Part shown: piece by piece, positions 35,559 to 62,917 of the stretch
Numbering within the stretch: the stretch's first letter is position 1
Layout of the letters: every line of letters begins with the position of its first letter
Assembly: GCA_964016885.1 (NCBI GenBank)
Contig: OZ024740.1
Span: forward strand, 36,084,001 to 36,148,000
Reading direction: 5' to 3'
DNA: 64,000 bases
From: Eledone cirrhosa
Lineage: Eukaryota
Made by a program: the position numbers and the translations under genes
The notes under the pieces: generated by a model
Told to the model about the DNA's origin: nothing
Databases searched by the model: none
The model's input: the letters and a program-made list of their open reading frames with translations, nothing else

Positions 35559-35697
35559 GTTTGTACTTTAGGCACAAGGCCAGCAATTACCCAGTGCATT
35601 ACTGGTACTTTATTTTATCGACCACGTAAGGATGAAATAAAGTACCAGTAATGTACTGGGTAATTGTTGGCCTTGTGCCTAAAGTAGAAACAATTAT
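35553..35697. mobile_element. Fold-back fusion of two Meta/MESC SINE 3' halves
   Basis: A minus-strand tail is joined directly to a plus-strand tail, giving about 60-bp inverted arms. Confidence 0.8.
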
Positions 35698-35751
35698 ATG
35701 TAATTACAAACACACAGAGATACAAAAACAATTAATTGTTTCTACTTTTGA

Positions 35752-36011
35752 AACAGACAGACAGACAGACACTACCACAGTACTTTATCTAGAGAGACAG
35801 AGAGAGAGAGACACTACCACAGTACTTTATCTAGAGAGAGAGAGACACACACTACCACAGTACTTTATCTAGAGAGAGAGAGAGACAGACAGACACTGCC
35901 ACAGTACTTTATCTAGAGAGACAGAGAGAGAGACAGACACTACCACAGTACTTTATCTAGAGAGAGAGAGAGAGACAGAGAGACAGACATACACTACCAC
36001 AGTACTTTATC

Positions 36012-36050
<39 letters not shown>

Positions 36051-36450
36051 TACCACAGTACTTTAGATAGATAGAGAGAGAGAGAGACAGACACTACGAC
36101 AGTACTTTATCTAGAGGGAGACAGACAGACAGATACTACCACAGTACTTTATCTTGAGAAAGTGAGAGAGAGAGACACAGGCAGACACTACCACAGTACG
36201 TTATCTAGAGAGAGAGAGAGAGAGAGAGAGAGTTTCACTACCACCGTACTTTATCTAGAGAGAGAAGAGAGAGACAGACAATCACTACTACAGTACTTTA
36301 TCTAGAGAGAGAGAGACACAGACAGACACTACCACAGTACCTTAACTAGAGAGAGAGAGAGAGAGACACACAGACAGACACTACCACAGTACTTTATCTA
36401 GAGAAAGTGAGAGAGAGAGACACAGGCAGATACTACCACAGTACTTTATC

Positions 36451-36485
<35 letters not shown>

Positions 36486-36679
36486 ACTACCACCGTACTT
36501 TATCTAGAGAGAGAGAGAGACAGACTGACACTACCACAGTTCTTTATCTAGAGAGAGAGAGAGACAGACAGACACTACCACAGTACTTTATCTAGAGAGA
36601 AATACAGTCATACACTACCACAGTACTTTATCTAGAGAGACAGAGAGAGACAGACAGACACTACCACAGTACTTTTTCT

Positions 36680-36710
<31 letters not shown>

Positions 36711-36728
36711 TTACCACAGTACTTTATT

Positions 36729-36776
<48 letters not shown>

Positions 36777-36852
36777 CGACCACAATACTTTATCTAGAGA
36801 GAGAGAGAGAGAGAGAGACAGACATACACTACCACGGTACTTCATTTAGAGT

Positions 36853-36883
<31 letters not shown>

Positions 36884-36915
36884 TGAGAGACAAACACTAC
36901 CACAGTACTTTATCT

Positions 36916-36946
<31 letters not shown>

Positions 36947-37199
36947 GAGAGAGAGAGACAGGCAGAAACTACCACAGTACTTTATCTAGAGAGAGAGAGA
37001 GAGAGAGACACTACCACAGTACTTTATCTAGAGAGAGAGAGAGACAGACAGACACTACCACAGTACTTTATCTAGAGAGAGAGACAAACAGACACTACGA
37101 CAGTACTTTATCTGGAGAGAGAGAGAGAGAGAGACAGACAGACAATACCACAGTACATTATCTAGAGAGAGAGAGAGACACTACCGCAGTACTTTATCT

Positions 37200-37251
<52 letters not shown>

Positions 37252-37696
37252 TACCACAGTACTTTATCTAGAGAGAGAGAGAGACACACTACCACAGTAC
37301 TTTATCTAGAGAGAGAGAGAGACAGACAGACACTGCCACAGTACTTTATCTAGAGAGACAGAGAGAGAGACAGACACTACCACAGTACTTTATCTAGAGA
37401 GAGAGAGAGAGACAGAGAGACAGACATACACTACCACAGTACTTTATCTAGAGAGAGAGAGAGAGAGAGAGAGAGTTTTCACTACCACCGTACTTTATCT
37501 AGAGAGAGAAGAGAGAGACAGACAATCACTACTACAGTACTTTATCTAGAGAGAGAGAGACACAGACAGACACTACCACAGTACCTTAACTAGAGAGAGA
37601 GAGAGAGAGAGACACACAGACAGACACTACCACAGTACTTTATCTAGAGAAAGTGAGAGAGAGAGACACAGGCAGATACTACCACAGTACTTTATC

Positions 37697-37737
<41 letters not shown>

Positions 37738-37931
37738 ACTACCACCGTACTTTATCTAGAGAGAGAGAGAGACAGACTGACACTACCACAGTTCTTTATC
37801 TAGAGAGAGAGAGAGACAGACAGACACTACCACAGTACTTTATCTAGAGAGAAATACAGTCATACACTACCACAGTACTTTATCTAGAGAGACAGAGAGA
37901 GACAGACATACACTACCACAGTACTTTATCT

Positions 37932-37962
<31 letters not shown>

Positions 37963-37980
37963 TTACCACAGTACATTATT

Positions 37981-38026
<46 letters not shown>

Positions 38027-38167
38027 CGACCACAATACTTTATCTAGAGAGAGAGAGAGACAGACAGACAGACATACACTACCACGGTACTTCATTTAGA
38101 GTGAGAGAGAGAGAGGGAGAAAGAGAGAGAGAGTGAGAGACAAACACTACCACAGTACTTTATCTAA

Positions 38168-38206
<39 letters not shown>

Positions 38207-38278
38207 CTACCACAGTACTTTATCTAGAGAAGGAGAGAGAGAGACAAACAGACACTACGACAGTACTTTATCTGGAGA

Positions 38279-38313
<35 letters not shown>

Positions 38314-38355
38314 TGAGAGAGAGTGAGAGACAAACACTACCACAGTACTTTATCT

Positions 38356-38386
<31 letters not shown>

Positions 38387-38645
38387 GAGAGAGAGAGACA
38401 GGCAGAAACTACCACAGTACTTTATCTAGAGAGAGAGAGAGAGAGAGAGAGACACTACCACAGTACTTTATCTAGAGAGAGAGAGAGAGAGACAGACAGA
38501 CACTACCACAGTACTTTATCTAGAGAGAGAGACAAACAGACACTACGACAGTACTTTATCTGCAGAGAGAGAGAGAGAGAGAGACAGACAATACCACAGT
38601 ACATTATCTAGAGAGAGAGAGAGACACTACCGCAGTACTTTATCT

Positions 38646-38700
<55 letters not shown>

Positions 38701-38848
38701 CTACCACAGTATTTTATCTAGAGAAGGAGAGAGAGAGACAAACAGACACTACGACAGTACTTTATCTGGAGAGAGATAGAGAGATAGAGTGAGAGAGAGA
38801 GAGAGAGTGAGAGAGAGAGACAGACAGACACGACCACAATACTTTATC

Positions 38849-38884
<36 letters not shown>

Positions 38885-38977
38885 TACACTACCACAGTAC
38901 TTCATTTAGAGTGAGAGAGAGAGAGAGAGAGGAAAGCGAGAGAGAGTGTGAGACAAACACTACCACAGAACTTTATC

Positions 38978-39028
<51 letters not shown>

Positions 39029-39365
39029 TACCACAGTACATTATCTAGAGAGAGAGAGAGAGACAGACAGAAACGACCACAATACTTTATCTAGACAGAG
39101 AGAGAGAGTGAGAGAGAGAGAGATAGAGAGAGAGAGAGACTGACACTACCACAGTACTTTATCTATTGAGGGAGAGAGGGACACTACCACAGTACTTCAT
39201 TTAGAGTGAGAGAGAGAGACAGGCAGACACTACCACAGTACATAATCTAGAGAGTGAGACAAACTGACACTACCACAGTACTTTATCTAGAGAGAGAGAC
39301 ACTACCGCAGTACTTTATCTAAAGAGAGAGAGAGAGACAGACATACACTATCACACTACTTTATC

Positions 39366-39404
<39 letters not shown>

Positions 39405-40084
39405 ACTACCACAGTACTTTAGATAGATAGAGAGAGAGAGAGACAGAAGGACAGACACTACCACAGTACTTTATCTAAAGAGAGAGAGAGAGAGAGAGTC
39501 AGACAGACAGACACTACCACAGTACTTTATCTAGAGAGACAGAGAGAGAGAGACACTACCACAGTACTTTATCTAGAGAGAGAGAGAGACACACTACCAC
39601 AGTACTTTATCTAGAGAGAGAGAGAGAGACAGACAGACACTGCCACAGTACTTTATCTGACAGAGAGAGAGACAGACACTACAACAGTACTTTATCTAGA
39701 GAGAGAGAGAGAGAGAGACAGACATACACTACCACAGTACTTTATCTAGAGAGAGAGAGAGAGAGAGAGACACTACCACAGTACTTTAGATAGATAGAGA
39801 GAGAGAGAGACAGACACTACGACAGTACTTTATCTAGAGGGAGACAGACAGACAGATACTACCACAGTACTTTATCTAGAGAAAGTGAGAGAGAGAGACA
39901 CAGGCAGATACTACCACAGTACTTTATCTAGAGAGAGAGAGAGAGAGAGAGAGTTTCACTACCACAGTACCTTAACTAGAGAGAGAGAGAGAGGGAGACA
40001 CACAGACAGACACTACCACAGTACTTTATCTAGAGAAAGTGAGAGAGAGAGACACCAGGCAGATACTACCACAGTACTTTATCT

Positions 40085-40115
<31 letters not shown>

Positions 40116-40302
40116 TTACCACAGTACTTTATTTAGAGAGAGAGAGAGAGAGACAGACAGACACGACCACAATACTTTATCTAGAGAGAGAGAGAGAGAG
40201 AGAGACAGACATACACTACCACGGTACTTCATTTAGAGTGAGAGAGAGAGAGAGAGAAAGATAGAGAGAGTGAGAGACAAACACTACCACAGTACTTTAT
40301 CT

Positions 40303-40333
<31 letters not shown>

Positions 40334-40518
40334 GAGAGAGAGAGAGAGAGACAGGCAGAAACTACCACAGTACTTTATCTAGAGAGAGAGAGAGAGAGAG
40401 ACACTACCACAGTACTTTATCTAGAGAGAGAGAGAGAGAGACAGACAGACACTACACACTACCACAGTACTTTATCTAGAGAGAGAGACAAACAGACACT
40501 ACGACAGTACTTTATCTG

Positions 40519-40550
<32 letters not shown>

Positions 40551-40606
40551 ATACACAGTACATTATCTAGAGAGAGAGAGAGACACTACCGCAGTACTTT
40601 ATCTAA

Positions 40607-40673
<67 letters not shown>

Positions 40674-40707
40674 CAAACAGACACTACGACATTACTTTAT
40701 CTGGAGA

Positions 40708-40746
<39 letters not shown>

Positions 40747-40788
40747 TGAGAGAGAGAGACAGAACAGACACGACCACAATACTTTATC

Positions 40789-40824
<36 letters not shown>

Positions 40825-40854
40825 CATACACTACCACAGTACTTCATTTAGAGT

Positions 40855-40891
<37 letters not shown>

Positions 40892-40922
40892 TGTGAGACA
40901 AACACTACACAGAACTTTATCT

Positions 40923-40959
<37 letters not shown>

Positions 40960-41242
40960 CACTACCACAGTAAATTATCTAGAGAGAGAGAGAGAGACAG
41001 ACAGAAACGACCACAATACTTTATCTAGAGAGAGAGAGAGAGTGAGAGAGAGAGAGATAGAGAGAGAGAGAGACTGACACTACCACAGTACTTTATCTAG
41101 AGAGAGAGAGAGAGACAGACAGACACTGCCTACAGTACTTTATCTAGAGAGACAGAGAGAGAGACAGACACTACAAACAGTACTTTATCTAGAGAGAGAG
41201 AGAAAGAGAGAGGACAGACATACACTACCACAGTACTTTATC

Positions 41243-41287
<45 letters not shown>

Positions 41288-41782
41288 TACCACAGTACTT
41301 TAGATAGATAGAGAGAGAGAGAGACAGACACTACGACATTACTTTATCTAGAGGAGACAGACGGGACAGATACTACCACAGTACTTTATCTAGAGAAAGT
41401 GAGAGAGAGAGACACAGGCAGATACTACCACAGTACTTTATCTAGAGAGAGAGAGAGAGAGAGAGAGTTTCACTACCACAGTACCTTAACTAGAGAGAGA
41501 GAGGGAGACACACAGACAGACCCTACCACAGTACTTTATCTAGAGAAAGTGAGAGTGAGAGACACAGGCAGATACTACCACAGTACATTATCTAGAGAGA
41601 GAGAGAGAGACAGACTGACACTACCACATTTCTTTATCTAGAGAGAGAGAGAGAGAGACAGACAGACACTACCACAGTACTTTTATCTAGAGAGAAATAC
41701 AGTCATACACTACCACAGTACTTTATCTAGAGAGACAGAGACAGACAGACTGACATTACCACAGTACTTTATTTAGAGAGAG

Positions 41783-41832
<50 letters not shown>

Positions 41833-41851
41833 CGACCACAATACTTTATCT

Positions 41852-41882
<31 letters not shown>

Positions 41883-41980
41883 TACAACACCACGGTACTT
41901 CATTTAGAGTGAGAGAGAGAGAGAGAAAGAGAGAGAGAGTGAGAGACAAACACTACCACAGTACTTTATCTAGAGAGAGA

Positions 41981-42011
<31 letters not shown>

Positions 42012-42103
42012 TGTGAGAGAGAGAGAGAGAGACAGGCAGAAACTACCACAGTACTTTATCTAGAGAGAGAGAGAGAGGGAGACACTACCACAGTACATTA
42101 TCT

Positions 42104-42136
<33 letters not shown>

Positions 42137-42375
42137 CTACCACAGTACTTTATCTAGAGAGAGAGAGAGAGAGTGGACACTACCACAGTACTTTATCTAG
42201 AGAGAGAGAGAGAGAGACAGACAGGACACTACCACAGTACTTTATCTAGAGAGAGAGACAAACAGACACTACGACAGTACTTTATCTGGAGAGAGAGAGA
42301 GAGATGAGACAGACAGACAATACCACAGTACATTATCTAGAGAGAGAGAGAGGACACTACCGCAGTACTTTATCT

Positions 42376-42434
<59 letters not shown>

Positions 42435-42506
42435 CTACCACAGTACTTTATCTAGAGAAGGAGAGAGAGAGACAAACAGACACTACGACATTACTTTATC
42501 TGGAGA

Positions 42507-42556
<50 letters not shown>

Positions 42557-42662
42557 GAGAGAGAGACAGACAGACACGACCACAATACTTTATCTAGAGA
42601 GAGAGAGAGAGAGAGAGAGTGAGACAGACATACACTACCACAGTACTTCATTAGAGTGAGGA

Positions 42663-42696
<34 letters not shown>

Positions 42697-43108
42697 TGTG
42701 AGACAAACACTACCACAGAACTTTATCTAGAGAGAGAGAAAGAAGAGAGAGATGAGAGAGAGAGAGACACTACCACAGTACATTATCTAGAGAGAGAGAG
42801 AGAGACAGACAGAAACGATCACAATACTTTATCTAGAGAGAGAGAGAGAGTGAGAGAGAAGAGATAGAGAGAGAGAGAGACTGACACTACCACAGTACTT
42901 TATCTATTGAGGGAGAGAGGGACACTACCACAGTACTTCATTTAGAGTGAGAGAGAGAGACAGGCAGACACTACCACAGTACATAATCTAGAGAGTGAGA
43001 CAAACTGACACTACCACAGTACTTTATCTAGAGAGAGAGAGACACTACCGCAGTACTTTATCTAAAGAGAGAGAGAGAGACAGACAGACACTATCACACT
43101 ACTTTATC

Positions 43109-43178
<70 letters not shown>

Positions 43179-43654
43179 ACTACCACAGTACTTTAGATAG
43201 ATAGAGAGAGAGAGAGACAGAAGGACAGACACTACCACAGTACTTTATCTCGAGAGACAGAGAGAGAGAGACACTACCACAGTACTTTATCTAGAGAGAG
43301 AGAGAGAGACACACTACCACAGTACTTTATCTAGAGAGAGAGAGAGAGACCGACAGACACTGCCACAGTACTTTATCTAGAGAGACAGAGAGAGAGACAG
43401 ACACTACAACAGTACTTTATTAGAGAGAGTGAGAGAGAGAGAGAGACAGACATACACTACCACAGTACTTTATCTAGAGAGAGAGAGAGAGAGAGACACT
43501 ACCACAGTACTTAATAGATAGAGAGAGAGAGAGAGACAGACACTACGACAGTACTTTATCTAGAGGGAGACAGACAGACAGATACTACCACAGTACTTTA
43601 TCTAGAGAAAGTGAGAGAGACAGACACAGGCAGATACTACCACAGTACTTTATC

Positions 43655-43689
<35 letters not shown>

Positions 43690-43999
43690 ACTACCACAGT
43701 ACCTTAACTAGAGAGAGAGAGAGAGGGAGACACACAGACAGACACTACCACAGTACTTTATCTAGAGAAAGTGAGAGAGAGAGATACAGGTCAGATACTA
43801 CCACAGTACTTTATCTAGAGAGAGAGTGAGAGAGACAGACTGACACTACCACAGTTCTTTATCTAGAGAGAGAGAGAGAGACAGACAGACACTACCACAG
43901 TACTTTATCTAGAGAGAATACAGTCATTACACTACCACAGTACTTTATCTAGAGAGACAGAGACAGACAGACTGACATTACCACAGTACTTTATTTATT

Positions 44000-44036
<37 letters not shown>

Positions 44037-44055
44037 CGACCACAATACTTTATCT

Positions 44056-44088
<33 letters not shown>

Positions 44089-44116
44089 TACACTACCACG
44101 GTACTTCATTTAGAGT

Positions 44117-44147
<31 letters not shown>

Positions 44148-44168
44148 TGAGAGACAAACACTACCACA
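35752..44168. repeat. Satellite of CACTACCACAGTACTTTATCTA + variable (GA)n/GACA units, with higher-order repeats
   Basis: Direct inspection; variant markers recur at about 3.75 kb; runs into the gap. Confidence 0.95.
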
Positions 44169-44368
44169 NNNNNNNNNNNNNNNNNNNNNNNNNNNNNNNN
44201 NNNNNNNNNNNNNNNNNNNNNNNNNNNNNNNNNNNNNNNNNNNNNNNNNNNNNNNNNNNNNNNNNNNNNNNNNNNNNNNNNNNNNNNNNNNNNNNNNNNN
44301 NNNNNNNNNNNNNNNNNNNNNNNNNNNNNNNNNNNNNNNNNNNNNNNNNNNNNNNNNNNNNNNNNNNN
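44169..44368. other. Assembly gap (200 N)
   Basis: Run of N. Confidence 1.
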
Positions 44369-44388
44369 AAAGCTGCGGACCAACCCTC

Positions 44389-47300
44389 ACAAGTCTACAA
44401 TCAACCATACGATTTAAAATCGATAAAGGAAGATTCGGGCCAAACAGATAAAAAATATCAATAAAACAATACGTCAATAATTTAAATGAATGTAAAATCA
44501 TACCCGGACCCACTAGAAAGGTGTTAAATCTAGCTTCATGGGTTTCTGTAAATCCTTAGACAGTACTCTATCAGCTCACATATAAATATAAAAGCCTACT
44601 AGAATAAGTGGAATGGAGTTTACGTTGTCAACGAGTTTTATCCTGGCGGCAAAGGAGTCAACTAGCGGTGAAAAACGCACATGGCATTAGACAAGGGAGA
44701 TGACCCCTATATCCGCGAAAATAATTCGAGTGAATGTGGAAATACACATATCGAATTAGAGTGCTCAATAGACATGTTAAAATAAAACAAAAGCTATTCA
44801 TCACTCAATAGAATCGACAAAATATGAGCAATAAAATTAACTGGTGGATAGCTATGTCCAGAGCTAAATATATTAGAAAGATCGAGTATCGAAAAATCGG
44901 CGCACGAGTTAACGAAAAACGAAATCCGATATGAGCGGCAGAGGGCTCAATAATTCAGATGAATCAGAGCTATAACTATCGTTAAAATACCGTCACATAT
45001 AGAACAAGTCTACAATCAACCATACGATTTAAAATCGATAAAGGAAGATTCGGGCCAAACAGATAAAAAATATCAATAAAACAATACGTCAATAATTTAA
45101 ATGAATGTAAAATCATACCCGGACCCACTAGAAAGGTGTTAAATCTAGCTTCATGGGTTTCTGTAAATCCTTAGACAGTACTCTATCAGCTCACATATAA
45201 ATATAAAAGCCTACTAGAATAAGTGGAATGGAGTTTACGTTGTCAACGAGTTTTATCCTGGCGGCAAAGGAGTCAACTAGCGGTGAAAAACGCACATGGC
45301 ATTAGACAAGGGAGATGACCCCTATATCCGCGAAAATAATTCGAGTGAATGTGGAAATACACATATCGAATTAGAGTGCTCAATAGACATGTTAAAATAA
45401 AACAAAAGCTATTCATCACTCAATAGAATCGACAAAATATGAGCAATAAAATTAACTGGTGGATAGCTATGTCCAGAGCTAAATATATTAGAAAGATCGA
45501 GTATCGAAAAATCGGCGCACGAGTTAACGAAAAACGAAATCCGATATGAGCGGCAGAGGGCTCAATAATTCAGATGAATCAGAGCTATAACTATCGTTAA
45601 AATACCGTCACATATAGAACAAGTCTACAATCAACCATACGATTTAAAATCGATAAAGGAAGATTCGGGCCAAACAGATAAAAAATATCAATAAAACAAT
45701 ACGTCAATAATTTAAATGAATGTAAAATCATACCCGGACCCACTAGAAAGGTGTTAAATCTAGCTTCATGGGTTTCTGTAAATCCTTAGACAGTACTCTA
45801 TCAGCTCACATATAAATATAAAAGCCTACTAGAATAAGTGGAATGGAGTTTACGTTGTCAACGAGTTTTATCCTGGCGGCAAAGGAGTCAACTAGCGGTG
45901 AAAAACGCACATGGCATTAGACAAGGGAGATGACCCCTATATCCGCGAAAATAATTCGAGTGAATGTGGAAATACACATATCGAATTAGAGTGCTCAATA
46001 GACATGTTAAAATAAAACAAAAGCTATTCATCACTCAATAGAATCGACAAAATATGAGCAATAAAATTAACTGGTGGATAGCTATGTCCAGAGCTAAATA
46101 TATTAGAAAGATCGAGTATCGAAAAATCGGCGCACGAGTTAACGAAAAACGAAATCCGATATGAGCGGCAGAGGGCTCAATAATTCAGATGAATCAGAGC
46201 TATAACTATCGTTAAAATACCGTCACATATAGAACAAGTCTACAATCAACCATACGATTTAAAATCGATAAAGGAAGATTCGGGCCAAACAGATAAAAAA
46301 TATCAATAAAACAATACGTCAATAATTTAAATGAATGTAAAATCATACCCGGACCCACTAGAAAGGTGTTAAATCTAGCTTCATGGGTTTCTGTAAATCC
46401 TTAGACAGTACTCTATCAGCTCACATATAAATATAAAAGCCTACTAGAATAAGTGGAATGGAGTTTACGTTGTCAACGAGTTTTATCCTGGCGGCAAAGG
46501 AGTCAACTAGCGGTGAAAAACGCACATGGCATTAGACAAGGGAGATGACCCCTATATCCGCGAAAATAATTCGAGTGAATGTGGAAATACACATATCGAA
46601 TTAGAGTGCTCAATAGACATGTTAAAATAAAACAAAAGCTATTCATCACTCAATAGAATCGACAAAATATGAGCAATAAAATTAACTGGTGGATAGCTAT
46701 GTCCAGAGCTAAATATATTAGAAAGATCGAGTATCGAAAAATCGGCGCACGAGTTAACGAAAAACGAAATCCGATATGAGCGGCAGAGGGCTCAATAATT
46801 CAGATGAATCAGAGCTATAACTATCGTTAAAATACCGTCACATATAGAACAAGTCTACAATCAACCATACGATTTAAAATCGATAAAGGAAGATTCGGGC
46901 CAAACAGATAAAAAATATCAATAAAACAATACGTCAATAATTTAAATGAATGTAAAATCATACCCGGACCCACTAGAAAGGTGTTAAATCTAGCTTCATG
47001 GGTTTCTGTAAATCCTTAGACAGTACTCTATCAGCTCACATATAAATATAAAAGCCTACTAGAATAAGTGGAATGGAGTTTACGTTGTCAACGAGTTTTA
47101 TCCTGGCGGCAAAGGAGTCAACTAGCGGTGAAAAACGCACATGGCATTAGACAAGGGAGATGACCCCTATATCCGCGAAAATAATTCGAGTGAATGTGGA
47201 AATACACATATCGAATTAGAGTGCTCAATAGACATGTTAAAATAAAACAAAAGCTATTCATCACTCAATAGAATCGACAAAATATGAGCAATAAAATTAA

Positions 47301-48665
47301 CTGGTGGATAGCTATGTCCAGAGCTAAATATATTAGAAAGATCGAGTATCGAAAAATCGGCGCACGAGTTAACGAAAAACGAAATCCGATATGAGCGGCA
47401 GAGGGCTCAATAATTCAGATGAATCAGAGCTATAACTATCGTTAAAATACCGTCACATATAGAACAAGTCTACAATCAACCATACGATTTAAAATCGATA
47501 AAGGAAGATTCGGGCCAAACAGATAAAAAATATCAATAAAACAATACGTCAATAATTTAAATGAATGTAAAATCATACCCGGACCCACTAGAAAGGTGTT
47601 AAATCTAGCTTCATGGGTTTCTGTAAATCCTTAGACAGTACTCTATCAGCTCACATATAAATATAAAAGCCTACTAGAATAAGTGGAATGGAGTTTACGT
47701 TGTCAACGAGTTTTATCCTGGCGGCAAAGGAGTCAACTAGCGGTGAAAAACGCACATGGCATTAGACAAGGGAGATGACCCCTATATCCGCGAAAATAAT
47801 TCGAGTGAATGTGGAAATACACATATCGAATTAGAGTGCTCAATAGACATGTTAAAATAAAACAAAAGCTATTCATCACTCAATAGAATCGACAAAATAT
47901 GAGCAATAAAATTAACTGGTGGATAGCTATGTCCAGAGCTAAATATATTAGAAAGATCGAGTATCGAAAAATCGGCGCACGAGTTAACGAAAAACGAAAT
48001 CCGATATGAGCGGCAGAGGGCTCAATAATTCAGATGAATCAGAGCTATAACTATCGTTAAAATACCGTCACATATAGAACAAGTCTACAATCAACCATAC
48101 GATTTAAAATCGATAAAGGAAGATTCGGGCCAAACAGATAAAAAATATCAATAAAACAATACGTCATAATTTAAATGAATGTAAAATCATACCCGGACCC
48201 ACTAGAAAGGTGTTAAATCTAGCTTCATGGGTTTCTGTAAATCCTTAGACAGTACTCTATCAGCTCACATATAAATATAAAAGCCTACTAGAATAAGTGG
48301 AATGGAGTTTACGTTGTCAACGAGTTTTATCCTGGCGGCAAAGGAGTCAACTAGCGGTGAAAAACGCACATGGCATTAGACAAGGGAGATGACCCCTATA
48401 TCCGCGAAAATAATTCGAGTGAATGTGGAAATACACATATCGAATTAGAGTGCTCAATAGACATGTTAAAATAAAACAAAAGCTATTCATCACTCAATAG
48501 AATCGACAAAATATGAGCAATAAAATTAACTGGTGGATAGCTATGTCCAGAGCTAAATATATTAGAAAGATCGAGTATCGAAAAATCGGCGCACGAGTTA
48601 ACGAAAAACGAAATCCGATATGAGCGGCAGAGGGCTCAATAATTCAGATGAATCAGAGCTATAAC

Positions 48666-48668
<3 letters not shown>
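44389..48668. repeat. Tandem array of about 7 near-identical 615-bp non-coding units
   Basis: AAGTCTACAATCAACC at 44391, 45006, 45621, 46236, 46851, 47466 and 48081; only a 1-nt deletion noticed, in the last unit. Confidence 0.97.
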
Positions 48669-52572
<3,904 letters not shown>

Positions 52573-52709
52573 AGTGTAATTTTCTACACAAAACGAAGGT
52601 TATAGAGAAAATTGGGGTTGGTAATGGCACATGGAATATCTAAGAGACAGAATACTTTTTTGTGAAAAAACATAATTTTTATAAGGTAAGGAAATAATAA
52701 AGGGTATAA

Positions 52710-52757
52710 AAAATGACCGGTTTCGATGGGTCTGCAAAAGCCATCTTTTCAAATGTT
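52710..52757 (-). ncRNA. Hammerhead motif with U3-A8 core variant
   Basis: Minus strand: AACAT-TTGAAAA-GATGG..CCATC-GAAACCGGT-C-ATTTT. Confidence 0.6.
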
Positions 52758-52987
52758 GATTAATATTAAGAAAAATTAATAATACGAAGAGTTAAAATTT
52801 GAGACTTGAAAATTCAAGTATAAAATTCATTGTGGGATTTCATAGCAGTTTTCATCTAGGTAGCAACAACAGGTTGACTGCTGTGTCCCTTTCTGGTAGT
52901 GAATGAGAAGTTATTTGGGGTGTGGGTTATTTTATAAAGGTCAGATTTAGCAATAGCCAGCTGCTGGTCAGTGAGGGGGTGGAAGCA

Positions 52988-53148
52988 ATATACACACACA
53001 TACCTTCATCCACACATACACACACATACATATATATATATATTATATATATATATATACATATACACACATACATACACACAGACATACATATACATAC
53101 ACACATACACACACACACACATATATATACACATACACACACACACAC

Positions 53149-53190
<42 letters not shown>

Positions 53191-53221
53191 TATATATACA
53201 TACACATACATCCAGATACAC

Positions 53222-53319
<98 letters not shown>

Positions 53320-53445
53320 CACCCACACATACATACACACATATATATATATACATACACACATACAAACATACACACACACACACACACACATATATAT
53401 ACACACATACACACACATATATATATACACACATATATATATATT

Positions 53446-53490
<45 letters not shown>

Positions 53491-53501
53491 CATATATATA
53501 C

Positions 53502-53559
<58 letters not shown>

Positions 53560-53596
53560 TATACATACATATATATATATATACATATATATATAT
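52988..53596. repeat. (CA/TA)n simple-sequence tract
   Basis: Direct inspection. Confidence 0.9.
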
Positions 53597-53712
53597 GGCG
53601 TGTAACTGAGTGGTTAGCGAATTGGATTCACAATGTTGAGGTTGTGAGTTCGATTCCTGGACCGGGCGATGCGTTATGTCCTTGAGCAAGACACTTTATT
53701 TCACGTTGCTCC
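53597..53712 (+). mobile_element. tRNA-CORE SINE, 5' half
   Basis: A box TAACTGAGTGG, B box GTTCGATTCC, CORE-like GTCCTTGAGCAAGACACTTTATTTCACGTTGCTCC. Confidence 0.8.
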
Positions 53713-53811
53713 TTCTACCTGGAGTTGCGACCGATAGATAGTACTAGCAACTGGAAAGACCAACGGAAACATTGTTCCCTCGGTCCGATTTGACGAAAGT
53801 CGATCGATCCT

Positions 53812-62614
<8,803 letters not shown>

Positions 62615-62834
62615 GCCTGCCCGCCCAGCCAGTGGGATGGTGTTATCTTATGCCTAAAACAGCACGACGTGCTGTGGCCAACGGCGCCGATTGGCGCGCG
62701 ACAGACTGGTCGGTCAAGGTGATCAAGGTGATATATATATATATGTATATATATAACCCTATCAGCTGGTATATATATAACCCTATCAGCTGGTATATAC
62801 AACCTTATCAGCTGGTATATATAGCCATATCAGC

Positions 62835-62871
<37 letters not shown>

Positions 62872-62877
62872 TATCAG

Positions 62878-62916
<39 letters not shown>

Positions 62917-62917
<1 letters not shown>

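Noticed and set aside
35752-44168. CRISPR-like appearance (constant 22-bp core with variable spacers)
   Set aside because: The spacers are only (GA)n/GACA, there are no cas genes, and the context is eukaryotic.
40500-44168. Rising single-base indels in satellite units toward the gap
   Set aside because: More likely low-coverage consensus error at a contig end than biological divergence.
44530-44580. Hammerhead-like CTGATAGA..GAAAC on the minus strand of the 615-bp unit
   Set aside because: Extra core nucleotide, no NUH triplet and no consistent stems.
53597-53670. Possible tRNA gene
   Set aside because: It continues directly into a CORE domain with no proper acceptor stem or terminator; it is a SINE head.
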